Origin: Chromatiales bacterium | GTDB taxonomy: Bacteria > Pseudomonadota > Gammaproteobacteria > JAGRGH01 | DNA length: 64,000 bases | Direction: 5' to 3' | Assembly: GCA_020445605.1 (NCBI GenBank) | Contig: JAGRGH010000054.1 | Location: 18,705 to 82,704 of the forward strand | Part shown: positions 33,371-43,849 of the stretch, one piece after another | Position numbering within the stretch: the first letter of the stretch is position 1 | Layout of the letters: each line of letters starts with the position of its first letter | Program-made: the position numbers and the translations under genes | Notes under the pieces: model-generated | The model's input: the letters and a program-made list of their open reading frames with translations, nothing else | What the model was told of the DNA's origin: nothing | Database searches by the model: none

Positions 33371-34682
33371 TCTCGCCACCCTGCGTGCGCCGGCCGGCGC
33401 GCTGGTTCTGCTGATTGCCGGGCTTGCGCACGCGGGCACTCCGATCGAGTCGTGGACGACCGTCAATGGCGCACGCGTGCTGTTCAGTCCGGCGCCGGAC
33501 CTCCCGATGATCGATGCCCGCGTGGTGTTCTCTGCCGGCAGTTCGCGCGACAGTACGCTGGCCGGCCTCGCGGCGCTGACCAACGGTCTGCTGAGCGAGG
33601 GCGCGGCTTCCTGGAGCGCCGATGAACTGGCGGAACGCCTCGATCGCGTCGGTGCGCAGTTCTCCAGCGGTTCACTGCGCGACATGGCCTGGGTGTCGAT
33701 TCGTTCGCTGGCCGAGCCGCGCTATCTCGACGTGGCCGTCGAGAATGTCTCAGCGGTACTGAGCGCGCCGCGTTTTGAGGCAGCGGCGGTCGAGCGCGAT
33801 CGCAATCGCATGCTCAGCGTGCTGAAATCCGAGGCGCAGTCGCCGGGGAAGATCGCCGAAAAGGCGTTCTATCACGTGGTCTACGGCGACCATCCCTACG
33901 GTTCGCCGTCGAACGGCACCGAGCAGTCGCTCGCGGCCATCACCCGTGATGACATCAAGGACTTCCACAGTCGCTACTACGTGGCCCGCAATGCCGTGAT
34001 CGCCATCGTCGGTGCGCTCGACCGCAGCCAGGCCGAGGCACTCGCCGAGCGCATGATTGCCGGTCTTCCGGCGGGCGAACCCGCGCCGGAGATCGCGCCG
34101 GTGCCTGCTGCGGCGGCAGGGCGCACCGAGATCTCGCATCCGTCCACCCAGAGCCACCTGTATCTCGGGCAGACCGGTATGCGTCGCGGCGATCCCGACT
34201 ATTTCGCGCTGTTCGTCGGTAACCATGTGCTTGGCGGCAGTGGGCTCGTGTCATTGCTCGCCGAGGAAGTGCGTGAAAAGCGCGGACTTTCCTACAGCGT
34301 GTCGAGCGATTTTTCGCCGATGCAGGTCGAAGGGCCGTTCGAGACCGTGTTGCAGACCAAGAACGAGCAGATCGGCGAGGCCGAGCAGGTCGCGCGCGAA
34401 ACCATCCGCGCGTTCATTGCGAACGGGCCGTCCGCCGCGATGCTGGAGCGTTCGAAGAAAAACATCACGGGCGGATTTCCGTTGCGCATCGACAGCAATG
34501 CCAAGAAGGTCCAGTACCTCGCGATGATCGGCTTCTACCGGCTACCGCTCGATTGGCTCGACCGGTTCAACGAGCGCGTGGACGCGGTGACGGCCGAACA
34601 GATTCGCGATGCCTTCCGCCGCCGTGTGGATCCCGACCGGTTCGCGACCGTCGTGGTCGGCGGGGCGGCGGGCGGCGGTTGA
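33360..34682 (+). CDS. M16-family peptidase paralog lacking the HxxEH motif (probable non-catalytic partner subunit)
   Basis: M16 fold (signal peptide, two-domain architecture, FSAGSSRDSTLAGLAALTNGLL in place of HxxEH). Overlaps the upstream M16 gene by 11 nt. Confidence 0.8.
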   Translation: MMFDLATLRAPAGALVLLIAGLAHAGTPIESWTTVNGARVLFSPAPDLPMIDARVVFSAGSSRDSTLAGLAALTNGLLSEGAASWSADELAERLDRVGAQFSSGSLRDMAWVSIRSLAEPRYLDVAVENVSAVLSAPRFEAAAVERDRNRMLSVLKSEAQSPGKIAEKAFYHVVYGDHPYGSPSNGTEQSLAAITRDDIKDFHSRYYVARNAVIAIVGALDRSQAEALAERMIAGLPAGEPAPEIAPVPAAAAGRTEISHPSTQSHLYLGQTGMRRGDPDYFALFVGNHVLGGSGLVSLLAEEVREKRGLSYSVSSDFSPMQVEGPFETVLQTKNEQIGEAEQVARETIRAFIANGPSAAMLERSKKNITGGFPLRIDSNAKKVQYLAMIGFYRLPLDWLDRFNERVDAVTAEQIRDAFRRRVDPDRFATVVVGGAAGGG

Positions 34683-35262
34683 GCCAGCCCCGCGCACCGG
34701 CATCGTCGGTCCGTATCGTCGGCGGGCGCTTTCGCAGCCGGCGCGTTCCGTTCGAGCCGGGACCGGGGCTGCGGCCGACTCCCGATCGAGTGCGCGAAAC
34801 CCTGTTCAACTGGCTCGTGCCGGTCGTCACCGGGGCGCGCTGTGTTGACCTCTACGCGGGCACCGGCGCGCTTGGCATCGAAGCGGTCTCGCGCGGCGCC
34901 TCAAGCTCGCTGCTGATTGAATCCGACCGCCGGCGCGCCGGCGCGCTGACCGCAACCTGTGCGCAGTTCGATGTCGATCGTCTGCGCGTCGTCCATGCCG
35001 ACGCGCTCGCGTGGCTCGATGCGGCCGCGCCGGGATCGATCGACATCGCCTTCGTCGATCCGCCGTTTGCCGATCGGCTGCATGCGCGGACCGTGGAGCG
35101 GCTCGCCAGTACCTGCGTGCTTGCGCCCGGCGCGCATGTCTATATCGAATATCCGCTAACCGGCCCCGCGCCGGATTGTCCGGCCGGCTGGCGACGCCAT
35201 CGTTCGCAGCACGCCGGCGACGTCGCGTATGATCTGTGGATCACCCCGCCCGGCGATCCGGC

Positions 35263-35266
<4 letters not shown>
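34679..35266 (+). CDS. rsmD: 16S rRNA (guanine966-N2)-methyltransferase RsmD
   Basis: [12 protein letters not shown]...[19 protein letters not shown]...FVDPPF: RsmD signature. TTG start overlaps the M16 stop. Confidence 0.8.
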
Positions 35267-36004
<738 letters not shown>

Positions 36005-36005
<1 letters not shown>

Positions 36006-37690
36006 TGGCCGGGTTGCGCGCGATCGTTTTTCTGCTGGCGTTCGGCTGGCTTGCCGTTGGTCAGGCAGCGGGTCCGCGCGAGGCCGGCATCGCCACGGCC
36101 CATCCGGCCGCCACGGCCGCCGGGCGCGCCGTACTCGAACGGGGCGGCAATGCGTTCGATGCGGCGGTCACGATCGCCGCGGTTCTGGCGGTGGTTGAAC
36201 CGTATTCCAGCGGCCTTGGAGGCGGCGGATTCTTTCTGCTGCATCGCGCCAGCGACGGCCACGAGACCATGCTCGATGCCCGCGAACGGGCACCGCTGGC
36301 CGCCACGCGCGATATGTACCTGGACGTTGACGGCCGCCCGTGGCCCGGGCTGTCCATCGACGGTCCGCTGGCGGCGGGCATTCCCGGTCTGCCCGCCGCG
36401 CTGGTGGACCTCGCCGCACGCTATGGCACGCGCCCGCTCGCCGAGCTGCTGGCGCCGGCGATCGCCGTGGCCCGCGACGGCTTCGAGGTCGATGAGATCT
36501 ATCGCAGTCTCGCCGCGCTGCGTTTGCAGGCACTGCGTGCATCCAAGGTCGCCGCGCGCGTGTTTCTCGATGACAACGCTGTTCCGGCGGCAGGCACCGT
36601 GATCCGCCAGGCGGAGCTGGCCGAGACGCTCGGGCGCATTGCCAGCGAGGGCCGGGCGGGCTTCTACGCCGGTGTTCTCGCGCAGCGGCTGGTCGACGGC
36701 GTGCACGCGGCCGGCGGCGTGTGGACCCTCGACGATCTCGATAGCTACCGCACCGTGGAGCGCGAGCCGGTACGCTTCGAGTACCGCGGATTTCGCGTCA
36801 GCTCGGCCGCACCACCATCGTCGGGTGGCGTGGTGCTCGCCGAGATTCTCAACCAGCTCGCCGCCGTGGATCTGCATGCGCTCGATCCCGCCGCGCGCAT
36901 GCACCGGATCGTCGAGGCCATGCGCAGGGCCTATCGCGATCGTGCGGAATACCTCGGCGATCCGGATTTCGTCACGATGCCGCTGCAACGGCTGCTGTCG
37001 ACCGACTACGCGCGCGGGCTCGCGGCTTCGATCGATCCGGCGCGCGCGACGCCGAGCGATTCGCTGGCGAAGCTCGCCGAACCGGCCGGGGCGGGCCGCG
37101 ACACCACGCACTTTTCGGTGCTCGATTTCGACGGCAATCGGGTTGCCGCGACCCTGAGCATCAACTATCCGTTTGGCAGCGGGTTCATGCCGGCCGGCAC
37201 GGGCGTGCTGCTCAACGACGAGATGGACGACTTCGCCGTCGCCGCCGGCGTGCCGAACGTGTACGGCCTGATCGGCGCATCCGCGAATGCCATCGCACCC
37301 GGCAAGCGCATGCTGTCGAGCATGAGCCCGAGCTTTGTCGATGACGGCCATCGGCTCGCGATCCTCGGCACGCCGGGCGGCAGCCGCATCATCACGATGG
37401 TGCTGCTGGCGATCCTGGAGTTCGAGCGCGGGGTGGCGGTCGACGACTGGGTCGCGGCGCCGCGCTTCCATCACCAGTACCGACCCGACGAGATCCAAGT
37501 CGAGCCGGAATTCGCCGTCGATTTTGCGCTCGATACATTGCGGGAGCGCGGCCATCAGGTGCGCGTGCTGGAGGAGCGATACGGCAACCTGCAGGCCGTC
37601 ACCTGGGATCGGGGCGCGGACCGCACGGCGGCCGCCAGCGACCCGCGCGGCGTCGGTGCCGCCGCGGTGTTCTCCCCAAGGAAGCGCTGA
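36005..37690 (+). CDS. ggt: Gamma-glutamyltranspeptidase
   Basis: Signal peptide; conserved GGT motifs incl. the autoprocessing threonine region (AGRDTTHFSVLD) and TPGGSRII. ATG overlaps the ferredoxin stop by 1 nt. Confidence 0.9.
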
Positions 37691-37893
37691 TCGATCCACC
37701 CGCGTCGCCAGCGCCACGGAACCGAAAAAGCGTCGTTTTTCGGCCCGCCCGGCCCTGAAAAACCGCTCCGAATTTGGGGCAACGGCCCCAGCGCAACCCC
37801 CTTGCGCTTCTCTGAGGATGTTCTATACAGAAGTAGAAGCGAACACCAAAGTCACTGCTTTTTTTGCCCGACAGCTGATGTAGAGGTTTGATC

Positions 37894-38190
37894 ATGCGGC
37901 GTCCAACCCATCCCGAAATCGGCGGGTGGTTCACTGATGTGGACGGCTCCCTGTTTGAGGTCGTAGCCACGGACGCCGATCGCGCGACGATTGAAGTCCA
38001 GTATTTCGACGGCGCGGTCGAGGAATTCGATTTCGACACCTGGGAAGCGATGGAACTGCGCCATGCCGAACCGCCCGACGACTGGTCCGGGGCGCTGGAG
38101 CTGGATCGTGACGATTACGGCGTCGATCTCGACAATCCGATGGAAGCGGAACCGATGAACGTGCTGGACGTTATAGATCGCGACTATTGA
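37894..38190 (+). CDS. Small acidic hypothetical protein (conserved gammaproteobacterial family of unknown function)
   Basis: MRRPTHPEIGGWFTDVDGSLFEVVATDADRATIEVQYFDGAVEEFDFDTWEAMEL...; very acidic. RBS-like tagagg upstream. Confidence 0.5.
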   Translation: MRRPTHPEIGGWFTDVDGSLFEVVATDADRATIEVQYFDGAVEEFDFDTWEAMELRHAEPPDDWSGALELDRDDYGVDLDNPMEAEPMNVLDVIDRDY

Positions 38191-38400
38191 ATCGGCCCAG
38201 TCGCGCAATCCGGGCGCGGTCGGGGTCGGCATGGCACAGGTGGACGTTCCGGACCGTGACCCCGCCGGGAGCGGGGTGGTCAAAGCCACGCAGCGCATTG
38301 ACGCTGCGCGACGCATGCCAGGGTCGGACTGCTTGGGTCGCCCGCGACACCGCGTCAGCGGGATGGCGTGGGACGGCCTACAACAACAGGAGATCGGCTT

Positions 38401-38910
38401 ATGAGGCGTCTGTACTTTCTCTTGCCGAACACCGGCACCGCGCGCCAGGTCGTGCGCGAATTGTTGCTCGCCCGGGTTGAGGAGCGGCACATCCATGTCG
38501 TGGCCCGCGATGGCACCGCGATGGAAGACCTGCCCGAGGCGAACCTGCTGCAGAAGAGCGATTTCATCCATGGAGTCGAGCAGGGTCTGGCCGTGGGCGG
38601 CGCGACCGGCGTTCTGGCCGGATTGATTGCCGTCACGTTTCCACCCGCAGGTCTCGCGCTGGGCGGCGGTGCCGTATTGGCGACCGCGCTTGCCGGTGCG
38701 GGGATCGGTGCGTGGGTGTCCGGCATGATCGGCACGGATATTCCCAACTCGCGCCTGCGTGAATTCGAATCGGCGATCGAGGATGGGCACATCCTGATGA
38801 TGGTCGACATCCCGAAGGCTCGTGTCGACGAGGTATCGAGAATGGTCCGCGAACACCACCCTGAAGCGGACGTTCATGGTACCGAGCCGGCGATTCCGGC
38901 CTTTCCGTAG
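38401..38910 (+). CDS. Hypothetical membrane protein with glycine-zipper TM segments
   Basis: AGGAG RBS 8 nt upstream of the ATG at 38401. GVEQGLAVGGATGVLAGLIAVTFPPAGLALGGGAVLATALAGAGIGAWVSGMIG: GxxxG-rich helices. Confidence 0.45.
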   Translation: MRRLYFLLPNTGTARQVVRELLLARVEERHIHVVARDGTAMEDLPEANLLQKSDFIHGVEQGLAVGGATGVLAGLIAVTFPPAGLALGGGAVLATALAGAGIGAWVSGMIGTDIPNSRLREFESAIEDGHILMMVDIPKARVDEVSRMVREHHPEADVHGTEPAIPAFP

Positions 38911-39079
38911 CGACCCAATCGGGATCACGGGCGGCGGCTGCGCAACGAGTCGTCTCCGCGAATCTTGCAGGCGCGGCGCGAGCCGTGGCAGGCAAGCAAG
39001 TGCCGTGGCCACGCCGCGCGTGTGTTTTGGAGTCCCGGTCGATCCGGGGCGAAAACGGCGTTCTCGATCTTGCGATGAC

Positions 39080-39120
39080 GGGTCCGGCATCACCTCGGCC
39101 GGGCCCGATTTTTTTGCGTT
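39080..39120 (+). terminator. Rho-independent terminator (+ strand)
   Basis: gggtccggc-atcacctcg-gccgggccc forms a 9-bp stem (one G-U pair), followed by gaTTTTTTTgcgTTTTTcc. Confidence 0.55.
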
Positions 39121-39182
39121 TTTCCTGCGGCTGCGAATTGGCTCTGGTGCACGCGCTCAGCCCGCAATGCGGCTGTAGAAAT

Positions 39183-39566
39183 TCAGCCAGCCAGCACGAC
39201 CCAGTCAGCCTCGATCCTCACCGGTACGGACTTGAGCCTTTGCCCCGCGCAGGGGCCGTGCACGCAGCGTCCGGTCTCGATCTCGAACAGGGCGCCGTGC
39301 ATCGCGCACTGGATGAACTCCCGCTCGTGATCCAGGAACCGGTGTGGTGCCCAGTCGAGCGGGGCACCGGTATGAGGGCAGCGGTTTTCGTAGGCGAACA
39401 CCGCGGCGTCACGACGCACGACGAACAGGTCCGCCGTCGAGCCGGCACGATGGCTGAAACGGGTCGCTTCGGGCCAGCGCAGCCCGCGGCTGTCGATCGG
39501 GTCCAGTGCCGTCCATTCACACAGGCGCACGCATGGTCTGCGCGGCGCCTGCATAGGATCGGTCAC
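39183..39566 (-). CDS. Rieske (2Fe-2S) domain protein
   Basis: CPHTGAPLD...CAMHGALFEIETGRCVHGPC: both Rieske CxH boxes present. Confidence 0.8.
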   Translation of the reverse strand: MTDPMQAPRRPCVRLCEWTALDPIDSRGLRWPEATRFSHRAGSTADLFVVRRDAAVFAYENRCPHTGAPLDWAPHRFLDHEREFIQCAMHGALFEIETGRCVHGPCAGQRLKSVPVRIEADWVVLAG

Positions 39567-41740
39567 GAGGCCAGCCAGCGCGACGGTTCGGAGGCCAGGC
39601 GCGCGTTGGTCAACTGACGGCGCAGTGCCTCGATCTCTTCGCGCGCCTCGTCGCGCACGAGCTTGAGTTCGGCTCGCAGGGCCTTGACGAGATCGCCGTC
39701 GGAGTTGGCCTGTGCTGCGCGGATTGCATCGACATGCGACTCGACCACGGCGGTGAGTTCAGCGACCCGCCACTCGTTTTCCGTTGCGCGCTTTGCTGCC
39801 TCCTGTTCGGCAGACTTCGCCTTCGCGAGCTGCGCATCGAACTGTGCCATGCGTTGCTCGGCTTCCGCGGCCTGCTTGTTCGCCGCGGCGCGCTGACGCT
39901 CGGCCTCGTCGAGCTTGCGTTGCATGGTTTCGTGATCGAGCTTTGCAGCGGTGAGTTCCTCGCTGCGCTGTTCCAGCTGTCGTTTGAGTTCAGTGAGCTT
40001 TGCGTCGAACTGGGTCGCACGCTCCGCGTTCGCCTTGTTGCGCTCGCCGTTGGCCTCGAGTTCGCGTGCGACATCCTCGAGTTCGTGCTCCAGGGCTTCG
40101 CGATCCAGCTTCGCCGCGTTGAGTTCGTCGGCGCGCTGCTCCAGTTCGCGTTGCGCCTGTGAATATTGCTCGCGAAGTTCGGCGGTCACGCTTTCGATCA
40201 GGCGATCGCGTTCCGATTCCAGTGCGGCAATGGCGGCCGCATGCGATTCGCCGGCCTGTACACTTTGTGCGCGCAGTGTCTCGATTTCCGCACGCAGGGC
40301 CGCCGCTTCGCGACCGGCCGTGGTATTGAGTTCATCGAGTGTTTCGGCGCGGGCCGCGATCTCTTCGCGCTCGTTCTTGAGCGTTTCATACTCCGAGCGC
40401 AGGGCCTCCAGCGCGATGCGCGCCTGATCTTCGCGGGCACGTGAGACCGTTGTGGCGCGGGCCTGCTCGGTGAACTTGAACAGGCGGCTGCGAAGTTCCG
40501 TCACCTGTGCCTCGGCCTTGCGTCGCGCGGTTTCGCTGTCGTCCAGCCGGGCCTCGATCAGCGCATAGATCTCGTCGGCACCTGCTTCGATCACGTCGGA
40601 GTCGCCTGCGGCTGCTGGCGAGGAAGCTGTGGTTTGCCCGTCGGGCTTCGAACGCTGGCCCGAGGATTTGCTGTCGGCAATGGGCACGGACATCTGCACG
40701 GCTTCTTCCTTGAAGGCCCTGAGTGCCGGAATACCCCCGCGCAGCACGAACGCTTCAAGCCCGCGTTCGACCAGCAGGTAGGCCGCGGTGGTTGAATTCG
40801 CGCCGTCCTCGCAGATCGTGATGTAGGGCGTGTCGCGCTTGAGTTCGTTCGCGCGCGCGCGGATTTCGCGTACCGGCAGATGGGCGACCGGTTCGGTTCC
40901 TTCGGGCAGCGGCTCATCGGTCTCGCGGACATCCAGCCAGTGCGCGCCCTTGTGCGTGCGCTGAATGGCCTCGGCGGCATCCACGAAGCGCACGATCGGT
41001 TTCTTGATCAGCTCGACGAAATCGTCCTTGCTCAGGCGCAGCAGTGTGACCGGCCCATCGGCGGTGACACTCGTGGAACGCCTTGCGCCAGACAACAACG
41101 CCTCTTCGCCAAAGCTGTCGCCCTCGGAAAGCGTTGCGAGCAACATGGGCCGGTCGTCGCGCGAACGCCGCTCCACCGTGCAGCGCCCGGTCTTGATGAC
41201 GTAGTAGTAATCGCCGGTGTCGCCCTGGCGGATGATGCGGTCGCCGTCGGCGACCTCGAATTCCTGCATGCGCATGAGGACCGACTCGATGTTCGCCGGC
41301 GAAATGCGATGGAACAGTGGCGAACGCAGGGTCTTGGACATCCAGTCGTCGGCGCCGTCCGGATCGACCTCGCTGACCTTGTGGTCGGCCAGGCGTTCCT
41401 CCTCAAGCACCTTGTTGAGCTTGCCGGTATTGACCGATGCATAGCGCAGCGTGGTGAGTGCCTTCGCCGTAAGTTCGCGCGGAATGCGGTGCGCCAGCGG
41501 AAAGCGTGCGGTCGGTGATCCGGCGGCGACGGCATCCACTTCGGTGCCGCCGGAATAGAAGCCGACATAGCCCCGAAGCAGGTAGATCGACACGGGCGCG
41601 GCATCGCCGCGGTTGAACAGCACCGAGCGCGGTGGCGCGGTCTGCACCGTGACCGCGTCGCCCAGGCGTGCGAACGCTTCGTCGGACAGCGTATTGAACG
41701 GCACGAAGCCGCGCAGGGTGTCGAGGTCGGGGTTGTCCAT
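39563..41740 (-). CDS. Multidomain protein: two cyclic-nucleotide-binding domains, a rhodanese-like domain, and a ~350-aa C-terminal coiled-coil
   Basis: cNMP domain 2 has FGEEALL...RRSTSV (CAP-family phosphate-binding cassette). Rhodanese-like loop YITICEDGANSTTAAYLL. C-terminal heptad-rich Ala/Glu/Arg/Leu region (AELREQYSQAQRELEQRADELNAAKLDREALEHELE...). Stop overlaps the Rieske gene start by 4 nt. Confidence 0.75.
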   Translation of the reverse strand: MDNPDLDTLRGFVPFNTLSDEAFARLGDAVTVQTAPPRSVLFNRGDAAPVSIYLLRGYVGFYSGGTEVDAVAAGSPTARFPLAHRIPRELTAKALTTLRYASVNTGKLNKVLEEERLADHKVSEVDPDGADDWMSKTLRSPLFHRISPANIESVLMRMQEFEVADGDRIIRQGDTGDYYYVIKTGRCTVERRSRDDRPMLLATLSEGDSFGEEALLSGARRSTSVTADGPVTLLRLSKDDFVELIKKPIVRFVDAAEAIQRTHKGAHWLDVRETDEPLPEGTEPVAHLPVREIRARANELKRDTPYITICEDGANSTTAAYLLVERGLEAFVLRGGIPALRAFKEEAVQMSVPIADSKSSGQRSKPDGQTTASSPAAAGDSDVIEAGADEIYALIEARLDDSETARRKAEAQVTELRSRLFKFTEQARATTVSRAREDQARIALEALRSEYETLKNEREEIAARAETLDELNTTAGREAAALRAEIETLRAQSVQAGESHAAAIAALESERDRLIESVTAELREQYSQAQRELEQRADELNAAKLDREALEHELEDVARELEANGERNKANAERATQFDAKLTELKRQLEQRSEELTAAKLDHETMQRKLDEAERQRAAANKQAAEAEQRMAQFDAQLAKAKSAEQEAAKRATENEWRVAELTAVVESHVDAIRAAQANSDGDLVKALRAELKLVRDEAREEIEALRRQLTNARLASEPSRWLAS

Positions 41741-41946
41741 CTGCTGGATACCGGGGTTGTCTCGAGCGCGGGTGCGCGCACGCGTTGCGGGAAGTGTAGC
41801 TTTTTCGCGCGTCGCGGTTCATGACGGAATTGGCAGATTGACGAACGGTCCCCAGGTCGCGGTCGTCGGCTCGGACGAGAACCGGCCCGCGTGGCCCGCC
41901 CTGCTAGAATCGCGCCCCGCCTCTCCCACACCCAGTGCGTTTCCAA

Positions 41947-43779
41947 ATGACCGCGTCCGCGCGTCCCGGCAGTCTGGTCCTGTACAAGTCCGCACCCGCG
42001 CGGGTGGTCTCGATCACCGACAAGATCGAGATCGTGCCCGCCGACGGCCGTCTGCGGCGGGTGCGCGACAAGGACATCGTGGTGCTGCATCCCGGCCCGG
42101 TCGGTGACCTGAATGCGCTCGGCAGCCCGAGTGGCGAGATCGAGGCCGCACACGAATTGCTCGGCGACGAGACCATGAGCCTCGCCGAACTCGCTGAGCT
42201 GATCTACGGCGAGTTTCGGCCCGACACGGCCTGGGCGACCTGGCAACTCATCGACGACGGGCTGTGGTTTGCCGGCTCCGTGGAGCGCGTGACAGCACGA
42301 CCGGCCGTCGAGGTCGCCGAGCTGCGCGCCGAGCGCGAGCGCAAGGCGCTGGAGAAGGCCGCCTGGGAGGGCTTTCTCGAACGCGCCCGCGCACGCAGAC
42401 CGCTGACCGACGCCGAGGACCGGCGCTACACGGTCGAGGTCGAGGCCGTGGCGCTGGGCAGGAGCGAGTCGTCTCGTGTGCTGAAGGCGCTCGATCTCGC
42501 GCAGACGCCTGAAACCGCGCACGCCTTCCTGCTCGAAGCCGGGGTCTGGCAGCCGCGTCGCAATCCGTACCCCGAGCGCTTCGGTCTGCCGGTCGACGAT
42601 GCCGACGGAACGGTCGGCGAGCTGCCGGACGAATCGCGCAGCGATTTGACCGGGACGCCTGCCTACGCGATCGACGACGCCGACAACACCGACCCGGACG
42701 ATGCCATCGCGCTCGACGGCGACCGTTGCTGGGTGCATGTCGCGGATGTCGCCGCGCTCGTGGCGCCGGAAAGTGAACTGGACATTGCCGCCCGCGAACG
42801 AGCTTCGAATCAATACCTGCCGGAGCGCACGGTGCACATGCTGCCGCGCGCCATCACCGAACGACTCGGCGTTGGCCTCGCGGCGGAATCCCCGGCCCTG
42901 TCCATCGGCTTCGTGCTGGATGCCGACGGCGCGCCCGGCGACGTGCAGATCGAAACCGCCCGCGTGCGGGTCGCGCGCATGAGCTACGAGCAGGCCGAGA
43001 CCAGACTCGATGCCGATCTGGCGCCGTTGTGGGCGATTGCCGAACGTCTGCAACAGCGGCGGCTCGCGGCCGGCGCCGTGCGGGTGCGACTGCCCGAAGC
43101 GCGCGTGCGTGTACTGCCAGACGGCGCGATCGACATCCGCGAACTGCCGCCGCTGCGCGCGCGCGATCTCGTCACCGAGTGGATGCTGGCGGCCGGTGAG
43201 GCGGTCGCGATCTGGCTGGAAGAACGGAGCATCGCCGCGCCGTTCGTGACACAGGGTCCGCCCGATGAGCGCGTGCCGCGACCCGGCGACGCGATGTCCG
43301 GGCAGTACGCGTTCCGGCGGGCGTTTCAGCGCGCGGTCATCCGCACTGGCGCGGCGCCGCATGCGGGGCTGGGGATCACGCGCTATGTCCGTGCGACCAG
43401 CCCGCTACGGCGTTACGCGGACCTAGTCGTGCACCAGCAACTGCGCGCGGCGTTGGCCGGTGCTACGCCGCTGGACCACGAGGCGATGCTCGAGCGCATC
43501 GCTGCCATGGACAACCTCGCTGGTGCCATCGCGCGGTCCGAGCGATTTTCCAACCTGCACTGGAAACTCGTGTGGCTCGGCGAGCAGCAGGGCTGGAAGG
43601 GCGAGGCGGTCGTGGTGGAACTCGGCGAGCGCGGCCGGGGCACCGTCATCGTGCCGTCGCTGGCGCTGGAGACGAAGGTGCGGCTGCCGGACGGCGCGCG
43701 ACTCGACGACCGCATCGAACTGAGCCTGGACCGCGTGGATCTTCCCGCACAGATCGCCTACTTCCACACGAAGCGCTAG
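41947..43779 (+). CDS. RNB-domain exoribonuclease (RNase II/R family)
   Basis: AIDDADNTDPDDAIALD and ATSPLRRYADLVVHQQL RNB catalytic motifs; S1-like C-terminal segment. Confidence 0.85.
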   Translation: MTASARPGSLVLYKSAPARVVSITDKIEIVPADGRLRRVRDKDIVVLHPGPVGDLNALGSPSGEIEAAHELLGDETMSLAELAELIYGEFRPDTAWATWQLIDDGLWFAGSVERVTARPAVEVAELRAERERKALEKAAWEGFLERARARRPLTDAEDRRYTVEVEAVALGRSESSRVLKALDLAQTPETAHAFLLEAGVWQPRRNPYPERFGLPVDDADGTVGELPDESRSDLTGTPAYAIDDADNTDPDDAIALDGDRCWVHVADVAALVAPESELDIAARERASNQYLPERTVHMLPRAITERLGVGLAAESPALSIGFVLDADGAPGDVQIETARVRVARMSYEQAETRLDADLAPLWAIAERLQQRRLAAGAVRVRLPEARVRVLPDGAIDIRELPPLRARDLVTEWMLAAGEAVAIWLEERSIAAPFVTQGPPDERVPRPGDAMSGQYAFRRAFQRAVIRTGAAPHAGLGITRYVRATSPLRRYADLVVHQQLRAALAGATPLDHEAMLERIAAMDNLAGAIARSERFSNLHWKLVWLGEQQGWKGEAVVVELGERGRGTVIVPSLALETKVRLPDGARLDDRIELSLDRVDLPAQIAYFHTKR

Positions 43780-43849
43780 AGGTCCTGAAGCCGGGCATGT
43801 CCCGACTGCACGACGAAGCTGAAGCCTTCGAACTACGCTGGTGGGGCTG

